DNA from: Perna viridis | Lineage: Eukaryota | Assembly: GCA_037379345.1 (NCBI GenBank) | Contig: CM074511.1 | Coordinates: 2,542,001 to 2,606,000 of the forward strand | Direction: 5' to 3' | Length of the DNA stretch: 64,000 nt | In this document: one piece after another, positions 1 to 10,224 of the stretch | Layout: each line of letters opens with the position of its first letter | How positions within the stretch are numbered: the first letter of the stretch is position 1 | The notes under the pieces: model-generated | What the model was told of the DNA's origin: nothing | What the model saw: only the letters and a program-made list of their open reading frames with translations | The model's database searches: none | Made by a program: the position numbers and the translations under genes

Positions 1-584
1 TGAGGCCCTGTGGTTCTCTGAATTTTTAACCGTGAGAAATAACTTTACTTAGGAGTGCATTCTCAATGATAATCAGAGAATTGCAAGAAAAGAGCTTTTA
101 TTTGACATCTATATAAGCAATTAATTTGGAAGCTCTAACTGGTAACAGAATAGAACCATTCTCTAATGCCCCCCCCCCCCAAATAAAAATAGACTTGTGT
201 CTTGCTACCAGCAAGAAAAATAGGGTAGGTATGTAGGAAAACTATTTTGTTTTTTATAAAGCATTTTATTTTGAGTTAACTGGGAAATTATTTAGAGTTT
301 AACAGTGCTAGAGCCAAAGTGGCCATAAAATGTTTATGTTGGCACAAAAATATGGTAGGTATGGTGGAAGGAAACAGACATATTTTTGGCCTTACAATTG
401 CATATTGCATATTTACAAAATGCACTGTTTCTTCAAATATCACACCTACCCTGTGAATTTCTGTTGAAATTCCTACAAAAGTTCAAGCCTTTACTTGCAC
501 CTCTAGGGATGTCCGTAATTGCATAATCAGACTTACCATATTGCCCTTCATCTAAATTTTGATATATCTGCATCTGAAAGGAAA

Positions 585-1620
585 CTATGACACGTTGAAC
601 AAATCAGTGTTCCTGGTGCCGATGGATACACCGTAACGATCCACGATATCATAATGGCGACCATAAGACTTCTGTAGTGATGACTTCAATCTTGTAGCAA
701 CCCTGTTCCAGAAGCATAGAAGTCTAGCGCGATACAAAAAGTCTACGTTGTTTCGGCAAGCTCTGACATAATTTATGAGTTGTGATATGAACACTCCATA
801 CGCAGGTGCTGAAGGGATGTTGCCACAGATGAAAGGAAAGTTGACAATTCTGAATGAAAAGTCATCACGTTTGTCGTAAAGTTTGGTCGATAGATTTCCC
901 TTACCATTGATTTCTAAGTGTATGTCAAGATATTAGGCTGACTTCACAGTGTCCGTAGTATCCTCTATCACAAGTTCTTTTGGGGTAGATCAAATCCCCA
1001 AAATTAGGACTGTTTAAAGATAATACGTCATATATATAGCGGAAACTGAGATTAAAGGCTCTAGCTAAACGATATTCTTTCTTTCGGATCAGTTAAGCTA
1101 TAAAGTCAGACTCAGTAAGAATGAAGGAATAGGTTAGCAAGTAGAGGAGCACAATGTTCTTCCATTGGAGTGCCGACCGTTTGTTGAAAAACGCGTCCAC
1201 CAAACTGGACAAATATGTTGTCGATGAAAAATTCCAGCATTTTGTAAACATCTGTGTATTTGGAAGAGGATTTGGAATTATTACTAACAAAGTATGAGGA
1301 ATCTCTACCAAGAACTTTATATTTGTATCTAGGTGTACCATCCTTTTTTAGAAAACAACGATGTATAATGTTTTTAAGTCGGGATTTTAACTGAGTATGG
1401 GGAATAGAAGTATATAGTGTTGAAAAATAATAGGTTTTAATGCTATTATATTCTGATAATAGTCTTGAACTGATTGTCTCCAAAAGATCTTTCGAATTTT
1501 TCAGGATCCACATTGAATTAATACCACTACGGGAGCAACAAGTGTTGTGGTAGGACTATAGACCCTCCTTGACAGCTGTGAGTATAGAAGTTAAAAGTTT
1601 TGAAAGAGGTTTGGTGGTAC
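585..1620 (-). mobile_element. Naiad-type Penelope-like retroelement, decayed RT fragment (copy A1)
   Basis: Minus-strand fragments read TTKPLSKLLTSIL, MWILKNSKDLL, FSTLYTSIPH, QQTVGTPM..CAPLLANLFL, FRYI and YGRHYDIVDRY. Contains frameshifts and stops. Confidence 0.85.
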
Positions 1621-2095
1621 TTATTAAAATGGGGTTTTCGTGGACATGGAAATGAATAATTATCATACCTGAAATGGGATCAACATAATGAACAGATTTC
1701 GAAATATCCATATAACGTACCATTTGGATTACAGCCATTTGTTGTAGGTGCTGAACCTCCTGTCATCGCACTTGGAAGGTCTCTTAACATAGGGTACCCA
1801 GGGTACATTGTCCTCTAATGTGTTGTTTGATGCCGAGGTTGAGGTGTATGCTGTGTCCGATTCTAGTGAAGATTTGGTGTGAGAAGTTGAACAATTGTCC
1901 TAAGACTTGATGTTTAAATCTGTATGTCATCATGTAACTAATGTTTTCAACCGTGATGTTGATCATCGGGCCATGAACGACTGACAACTGTCCAGTTGTA
2001 GGTGTTTTTTTGGAAGACATGACATCAGACTGTATTGGAGGTAGCTGACTAGTTGAGGGTTCCTCGGGAAGATTAGTTGAAAATATTGTACAGTG

Positions 2096-4200
2096 TAATC
2101 AAAGGAACCAAGGTTATAGCGGTAATCAAAAGAATGTATTCCAGGGACAAAGACCAGACATGGAAAACAGACATACACAACAAAGAACATAAAGTAACTA
2201 AAATCATACATACAAAGTAACAAAAGTAAATGAGCAACTCGGACTCCACTAAAAATTATGAGCATGGACCAGGTGCACCAGTAGGGTAAGCGTCCTCTGC
2301 TTTTCTAGAAACACCCGCCGAGTTGCTCATAAAAAGTCAAGTCCGGGGTAGACAAACGAGGAAAGGTAAACTATGACCCGTTGAATAAATCAGTTTTCAT
2401 GGTGCTGATGGATACACCATAACGATCCACGAGTTCATGATGACGACCATAAAACTTCTGTAGTGATGACTTCAATCTTGTAGCAACATAATCCTGTTCC
2501 AGAAGCCTATTTGTTAGAGTTCTAGCGCGATACAAAAAGTCTGCGTAGTTTCGGCAAGCTCTGGCATAACATATGAGTTGTGATATGAACACTCCATACG
2601 CAGGAGCCGAAGGGATGTTGCCACAGATGAAAGGAAAGTTGACAATTCTGAATGAAAAGTCATCACGTTTGTCGTTAAGTTTGGTCAATAGTTTTCCTTT
2701 ACCATCGATTTCTAAGTGTAGGTCAAGATATTAGGCTGACTTCACAGTATCTGTAGTATCCTTTATCTCAAGTTCTTTTGGGTAGATGCGATGTATCAAA
2801 TCCCCGAAATTAGGATTGTTTAAAGATAATACGTCATCTATATAGCGGAAACTGAGGTTAAAGGATCTAGTCAAACAATATTCTTTCTTTCGGATCAGTT
2901 AAGCTATAAAGTCAGACTCATACGAGTAAAGGAATAGGTCAGCAAGTAAAGGAGCACAATTTGTTCCCATTGGAATGCCGACCGTTTGTTGAAAAACGCG
3001 TCCACCACACTGGACAAATATGTTGTCGATTAAAAATTCCAGCATTTTGTAAACATCTTCCTCTGTATATTTTGAAGATGATTTGGAATTATTTCTTACA
3101 AAGTATGAGGAATCTCTACCAAGAACTATAAATTTGTATCTAGGTGTACCATCTTTTTGGAAAAACAACGATGTATAATGTTTTTAAGTCGGGATTTGAA
3201 CTGAGTATGGGGAATAGAAGTATACAGTGTTGAAAAATCATAGCTTTTAATGTTATTATATTCTGATAATAGTCTTGAACTGATTGTCTCCAAAAGATCT
3301 TTCGAAAAGAGGATAGCACAGAAATTATGGTTTTCCACAATCTCTTCTTTGGAGAGAATGGTAGCAGTATAGGTCTTATCACTGCTATTATTTTCTACGT
3401 CTACCTCTGATAGTAAACATTGGATATAAAACGTTTTGCAGACAAAAACAATGTTGTTTTGGGCTTTGTCTGCTGGTACGACAACATATTTGTCATGTAT
3501 AGTAGACAATGTTTTTGCTACATCGGGGTCTTTGAAAACTGATGTAGCCTTGGCACTCATTGGCCTACTTAAAACTTTCATTCGTTTCAAAATTAAAGAC
3601 CTCACGGCCTTTAACCACTCTGACAGAGAATCAATGTCTTCTTGTTCTCGTTTTATCCATTTTCTTGCATAGTCCTCGACGGCATCCATAAGAACTTTAA
3701 AGTTATAATTCCAATTTATGGAGCGTGGTTCAGGGTACTTGGGACCTTTAGAGAGGATATTACGCATAGATTCATTTTCGATAATGGTTAAATCTCCCTT
3801 AACGACGTGACCAGAAGGACCATTTTTGAATGGAGAGGTTTTGCAAGAACAGTCAGGTGGTTTAGCCTTGAAGTCCTTAATCTCGAGGTTCTGCAATAGC
3901 CTTTTATAATTGTGGATGCGGTGGGTGAAGTATAGGAATATGAAATAATTGATATGGATTTGTCTTTGAAATATGGTGGAATTTTGTTGGTAACGTTTTT
4001 GTGATAGAGGATGTTATCCAACTTAATTGCATCTATACCTTTGTTGACAAACGGTAGTGGAAGAAACGATCGTTTTTCTTCATCTTGACTTTTCACACAA
4101 ACTGGTTAAAAGCGTCTGTGGAAACCAATATCCAAAATGATGGCGACAAGTCTGTATAATGATGAGGTGGGGTCAGAAACAGGACTTGTTTTGTAAAGTG
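2096..4200 (-). mobile_element. Naiad-type Penelope-like retroelement, 5'-truncated pseudogene with 3' UTR (copy A2)
   Basis: CxC linker (PPDCSCK), KGPKY, VPADKA, YDFSTLYT, GIPMGTNCAPLLADLFLYSYE, FRYIDD and FYGRHHELVDRY. The RT is C-terminal with no downstream endonuclease. Stop at 2371, 3' UTR 2096-2370. Internal deletion near 3305 and two TAA stops. Confidence 0.88.
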
Positions 4201-5169
4201 AGTGTTTCTCGTGGAAACCACACGGGGATTTAGAAGTTAGAACTTTGGAAGTTTTTGCTTTTTTTCCTTAACTTTTGTTCCGAACTTAAGTTTCTTAGTG
4301 GGTTTCGTTTTCCCTTAAAAGGCCTCATTATCGGATGGTAAAGAGCAAGCAAACATCTACGACTTCAGTTTACATGGTTTGCTTTCGTTGTTATGAATAG
4401 AAAAGGGAACTGATATGGTAATGGTGAAACGCAACAAATGCACCATAGTATCACCTAAGGTATAAACCATAATCTTTTCGAGGAGGGGGCGGGGCCTGGG
4501 ATTTTATATTGAGTTATAAAATGTGAATTCATATTTTTTATTTGTCCATGACTGAGTAAAGAATTTTGCTCTAATTTTGATTTTTTTCCAAACTAATCCC
4601 AGCCCCCGTATAAATATGGTCGGTACCTAAATTTAAAAAAAGTAAATTGACTTCCAAATAAACTAAATAGTCAAATAAAGATCAGAAGACTGTTACAGTT
4701 ACATCAATGACCAAAATCTCATGACTGAGGACAGGCGGATGTCTGCGTTGGGTTAAACTAGTTATTATAAAGTCTTAACTACCAACCTATAATGTAAGAT
4801 CTAAAATGAATTGAAACAACAAATAAACACCATAAAATCTACTCTGTAATACATTCAATTCTCTTCATAGAATACCTCGACATACAGCATATAGACAAAA
4901 CTAGATATCCAATTAAAGAACGTTTGCAGTTACTGGAGCTAGCACAGAACAAATTTAAAAAATTAAAATACCGTCAAAATTACCAGCATTATGATTACCG
5001 GTCACTACAATTCTGGAGTAGTAACGTGAAGAACTAATAGGTAAGATTTGAGGTAGTACAATACTAAATCAAAGACTGAAGTCTTTAAAGTCGCTAATTG
5101 TCAAATAATCACAGTCAATGATTTTGGCATACTTTAAACATCCGAAATGGTACAAATGCGATGTGCTCT

Positions 5170-5660
5170 GAAATCGGGGGGCTTCTGCAAAAATCTTGGT
5201 TCCGTTGATATTATTGCGTACTCTTTCGTAACCGTTATGACCCGAATTACTAAATATATAGATATCGGTGTACTGATATATATATATATGACCTTTATAT
5301 ACTCAATTGTAACGAACGCCTGTTTTTGAATCGGAAACTGGGTAAACCATTTTACCTTTTTAATATAAACTTCCCGTTTTAATACAAGCAAAAAACGCGC
5401 ATAAACATGTGTATGATATTTTTTTAAAAGGGTATGTTGTAGCGATCTTTGGGTCGCTTATGATATTGACAGGGAACCAGTTTATGAACCCCATTAAGCA
5501 GCTGGATATTCATAAATATCGGGGCGTGCTAATGCATATGACCTATAAAGTCTTGTTACTAGCCTCAGTGCCGCAATCGGAAACTGGGTAATGTTCAAAG
5601 CTAACTGATCATTTCATGTAAACTTCTCGTTCTCATTCAAGCACGAAACACACGCAGAAC
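5170..5660. repeat. Two diverged ~250-bp direct repeats immediately upstream of the recognisable Gypsy 5' LTR
   Basis: Shared blocks in the same order: atatcgg, atatgacct, aatcggaaactgggtaa (near 5329 and 5576), taaacttc.cgtt and caagca. Confidence 0.6.
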
Positions 5661-5665
5661 ACACA

Positions 5666-8600
5666 AATTACACAAATAAATCATATATAGGGATATATGA
5701 CTGCTTACAATAATATACTGTTCACAAACACAAAATAATAAAATACAGCTATACCACATAAGTAGTTAGTATTTTTGACTACCATGTTTTTTTTTATTTT
5801 TATTTGCTTTTTCATTTGTCATTTTGGCTTGGATGATTGTATGTGTTTACATTTTGCTAATACTCCGCTTACTGAAGGGAGTATGTGGAGTAGATTTTCC
5901 ATTGTTTATCGAGACGATAATCATTCAGCTGGGGAGTTTGTGGACAAGCTGATTTTTTATTAGTTTAATAATTATGTTTTCCATTATATTTCATTTCTTT
6001 ACATTTGATCTGTTCTCTACAGTGGTCTGAGTTACATACGCTTCATTGCATTTTACATTTACTTCACATTGTGCCTAAAATCTGCTCACAGACTGTTACT
6101 GGTTCAATTATACTTATGGGTTGGATGTCCTAAATTTTCCACTCGTGAGTAGTACTTTATTTTGGTATAAATACTCAGAGTTTTGTAAAGTATTTCAATG
6201 TGGAATTAGAAGGCCAAGATGTACATATTTGAAAGCAGTATAGCCAGCAGATAAGGTATTTATGATGTTGATTTTTCCATAAACTTTTCAATTTTCGTAC
6301 TGGCATTTTGCAAGTTAGAGCTTTTAGCAAATTTCATTTTAATTTCTTTTATTATTTTGATTTTGAATATCATTGTGTCAGTTTAATTGATTTGATGCTA
6401 AGGTACCTTGTTATAGTGAGTACTTATAACGAACTTTAATGATCATTTTGTGTAGTATTATAGTTTAGTTTAAACATATTTTATTTGTAATAAACAAAAA
6501 GGATTGGACAAAAGTAAAACATACTTACGAGGTCCTCTCCCATATACAATAGCAATATAAAATATTTTGTCAACCCGAGCATGCATCAATTACATTTTTC
6601 AAACACTAGATAAAAAATAAAGTGAAAAATAAGACATAGAAGAGAAGAGTTTGAGAAAAGGAAAGAAAAAATAAGAGAGTTGAGAGGAATGTGGTGATGG
6701 TAAAGAAAACATGGGCATATCACTATTTCATCAAACAACAGAAAATCTTTTAGTTTCTTTGATATATCTATGGACATGTTTTATTAAACGAACATTTTGA
6801 TCAGAAGTTAAATTTGGATTTCCATGAGTCAAAAGATTTACATTCAATGGCAAATCATCGGGCAGCCAACTAATGTTATTCATAAGGATTACTCGAGTAT
6901 TTTCGTGTAAGGGACAGTCAAGAAAGAAATGATGAGCATCCTCAACATCTCCGCATCTACATAAAGAACTACTTACGATATTGAATCTACATAAGTCATG
7001 GTTTAAAGAAGAAGCAGAACATCTTAATTGTGTCCAAATAATATTCAGTTTTCGTTCACCAATAGAATAATAATTAGGAACTAGTGGTTTGTGGGTATCC
7101 TTCTTTAACTCTGTTTTAAATTTGGAAATAGTGTCTAATTGTCGAGTGGATACATCAAGTTTATTCCATTCTTTAATAGTAGCAGGGAAAAAAGACTCGC
7201 TTGTTACAGATAATCTACAAAATGGCTTTATGTCATCTCCATTTCTAAGGGGATAATTAGTAAGAGATTGTACTTTTGGTGGTATTATGTCAAGCAAATA
7301 AGATGGGGCATTTTTATGTTCAATGTTATAAATCATTTGTAACTTTCTTCTTTTGCGTCTAACATCTAGTGGTTTCCAATGAACTTCTTTTTTTTCTATT
7401 TTTTCTACCTTTGTAAAAATAGGTAAACCCGTGACAATTCTCACTGCTTCTAATTGAAGTCTTTCTAATTTGGAGGTATTACATACACCAAAATTATCCC
7501 AAACTTCAGGTGCATATTCAAGTAAAGGTCTTATATATATTAAATATAACTTATCTAAAATGTTTCTAGTAAGTTGATACTTCAACTTCCGAAGAATATT
7601 TAGATGTTTTTTAACACTAGCTATAATATTTTCTACATGGTCGTTCCACAAGTAACTTTTAAACCAACGGAATAAATTTCCTGAAATACCATATGATTTA
7701 ATCTTTTTTAATAAACCTTTGTGTCAAACTTTATCAAACGCTTTCGAAAAATCACAAAAAAAAAACAACAAAACAGTTCATTTAAATTTAATTCTTTTTA
7801 TGACTTTGCCAACACAACTTATTAACGACATTGGTCTATAGTTTGAAGGCAAAGAGGGGTCTCCTTTCTTGAATAAAGCAGTAACATTTGCCATATTCCA
7901 GCTAGTTGGGTATTTGCATTGTTGGATTGATTTATTAAAAAATTTCTTTAAGGGGATAGCGACTTTTTCTGGACTAAGCTGGAGCATCCTATGACTAACA
8001 ATATCTGGTCCCGATGCTCTGTTGGAACTGGGACATTGTGAAACCTAAGACTAGTTCTTCTAGAATATTGCTCCTGATTTTCTAGTCTGTATTCAAGTTC
8101 AGCGATTTTTTTATATAGAGCGTCGATGTCTCTATCACGTTCTTTGACCGCACTAATGTTGGCCTGAACGGATCTTTCTAAAGAGGATATTTAAATAAAT
8201 TGTTTACAGATTTTTTGTTCATTTTTTGTGATGATTGCGTTCTGTTTTCCAACTCCTTGCGCAGTGACTTTGTTTCATTATCGATTCGTAGATTGACTTG
8301 TTCAATGTCAGCAGATATAGGCTCGCTGATTTTACTAGCAAGTACTGGCATTATTATTGTCAGAATTTCTGGGCTCATCAAGATTTCTAATACCTTGGTA
8401 GCCGGAGTTTGGAGTAGGTCGGTTAAGTCATTCAACGAATTTCGTCTACGAATATGTCTTTCTGTTTGTTTCAGTGGCAGGTAGGGTATCGGAGCTCTCT
8501 GGGTTGCGACGTTTGTTAGTGGTGGGTTTTGTAGAATCTAAAGAATCAGTACTGGGATTTGGTTGTGATTGGGTAAATATGGGCAATTCGTGATCATCAT

Positions 8601-9123
8601 GTACGGAGGCATCCATGTTTGTTTACGTTTTTGTATCGTGAGTTGAGTTCAGAGTAAATGTTACAAATGTTATTACACACAATTTTTCAACAAAATTTCA
8701 TATCAATCTGTCATTAATATTATAAGGATTTGATAAAAGTTATTCGTCTAGCATTTATGTTTTCCAGCATAAAATCCCAATTTCCCGACGACAAATTTTA
8801 TCCTACCATGTCAAGTTGACGCATATAGTTAACTGCGGGTATTACATTTAATTGCTTGATTGTTTAGTTGTGCTCCATTTATGTGTTCAATCTGTTTTGA
8901 ACCTGCAAATGTCATCTGATTGATGTTATTTGTTTGAATATTTGCAATAATGTTCTATAATTTGCATATATTTGATAATTAAATTGTTTCGTATGCGTAT
9001 TTATATGTCTCTTTGTTCTTATTTTGTAGATCTTTTCAGTGTCTTCTGAATCTGAATTAAAAGTAATTCCATATTCATGTTTTCTTTGGGTCATTAATTG
9101 TTATCGAGCTCCACTTGGTCACA
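5666..9123 (+). repeat. Gypsy 5' LTR (recognisable part), interrupted by a LINE
   Basis: 5666-6465 joined to 8831-9123 aligns with 15922-17001. Ends in GGTCACA, followed by a TGG-initiated PBS-like sequence. Confidence 0.85.
6466..8823 (-). mobile_element. CR1/L2-group LINE, internally deleted, inserted in the Gypsy 5' LTR
   Basis: ORF1 remnant (RLENQEQYSRRTSLRFHNVP) and ORF2 pieces SGPD, NYRPMSLIS, DFSKAFDKV. C-terminal ORF 6731-7651 has CRCGDVEDAHHFFLDC. 3' tail aataaaatatgtttaaacta. TSD tatagtt at 6459-6465 and 8824-8830; the empty site is visible in the 3' LTR. Confidence 0.9.
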
Positions 9124-9126
9124 GAA

Positions 9127-9140
9127 TGGCGTCGTCCATA
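9127..9140 (+). promoter_or_regulatory. Putative primer-binding site (degenerate)
   Basis: TGGCGTCGTC lies 3 nt after the LTR-terminal CA and resembles tRNA-Ser-type PBSs (TGGCGTAGTC). Confidence 0.5.
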
Positions 9141-9314
9141 CTAGGCAGAAGGCATTGACTGCTGGCAAGGCCGGAAACCTGATTATACATAGGTCCAACA
9201 AAGATTACCGGAAAATGACGAAGAATACCGAGTAACATCTAACTGCAGCTATATATCGACATGTAAGTCAATAAAAAAAAACAGGTCCTTGAACTCCAAC
9301 ATCAATTTAGCAAG

Positions 9315-10175
9315 GTGAAGCCAACGGAGAAGTATACCGATGATAGCGAAGAGAGTGATGACTTCGCGTGTGACCAAAAACGTTCCATCGTATATGTTCA
9401 GCATGAAAGACGAGTTCAAAAGTTTTCCGGGTATAATATGTCCGTAGATGATTGGTTAGAAGATGTTCAATCATGCACTCTTGGTATGTCTCGTCAAGAG
9501 CGTGCCAGTTTCATTTATTCCTTTCTGTAGGGCGCAGCCAAAGAAGAAATTAAATACCGTTCAAACAGTATTCGACATAGTCCAAGCCGTATTATACAGG
9601 TTTTACAGGATGAATTTGGTGTAAAAGATAATATTACAAAGCTACAGAAAAACCTTCTGGATAGGGTGCAACGACACGGTGAAACTTTGCGGGAATGTTC
9701 TTATGCTGTAATGGACTTAATCCGGAAAGTAATTAGGAAAGATGACACTTTGATCCCAAACAAAGACAAGTCATTGTGTGATCAGTTTTCTGAAAATGTG
9801 CATGACGTCATGCTTTGGAAGCATTTGAAGCGTCTTGTGAGATCAGATCCGAACATGACGTTTCTTGATCTCCGCAAGGAAGCGATTATGTGGTCTGAAG
9901 AAGAAGAGGTCGGAAAACAGTTACCCGAGATGAAAGTACGAGAAGAAAAGAGTACATTGAAAGTAAAGTGTCCTGCTATTGGCGATCAAATGAATCAGCT
10001 TTTGGATATAGTGAGGAAACAAAGCGAGCATATTGATGCGTTAACGAAGATTGTTAATTCCAAATCATCAGATCAAGGTAGATTCAACAGTGAAGCATCG
10101 CGTTCTAATGTGTGTTTTGTGTGTAAGAAAACGGGTCATAAGGTTGCTGAGTGTCCGAATAAGCAGGGAAACTAG
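9315..10175 (+). pseudogene. gag: Gypsy gag (PNMA-like capsid plus CCHC knuckle), disrupted
   Basis: KFSGYNMSVDDWLEDV, in-frame TAG at 9528-9530, Q..GETLRECS, CFVCKKTGHKVAEC. Confidence 0.85.
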
Positions 10176-10224
10176 CGCCATCTTTCATGTCGAGTCCCAT
10201 GTTAGATGGAGGAAATACGGACTC
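10166..10224 (+). promoter_or_regulatory. -1 programmed ribosomal frameshift signal (slippery heptamer plus H-type pseudoknot)
   Basis: G_GGA_AAC at 10166-10172, just before the gag stop; the protease ORF is in the -1 frame. Stem 1 is 10178-10189/10198-10209; stem 2 is GAGTCC 10192-10197/GGACTC 10219-10224. Confidence 0.85.

Noticed and set aside
2371-4200. Selenoprotein-type Naiad (UGA-Sec plus SECIS)
   Set aside because: The in-frame stops I checked are TAA, the CxC codons are TGT/TGC, and the 3' UTR stem has no GA quartet.
5775-5963. Duplicated small ORFs (5775/16027 and 8912/16757)
   Set aside because: They are LTR sequence, duplicated only because the LTRs are.
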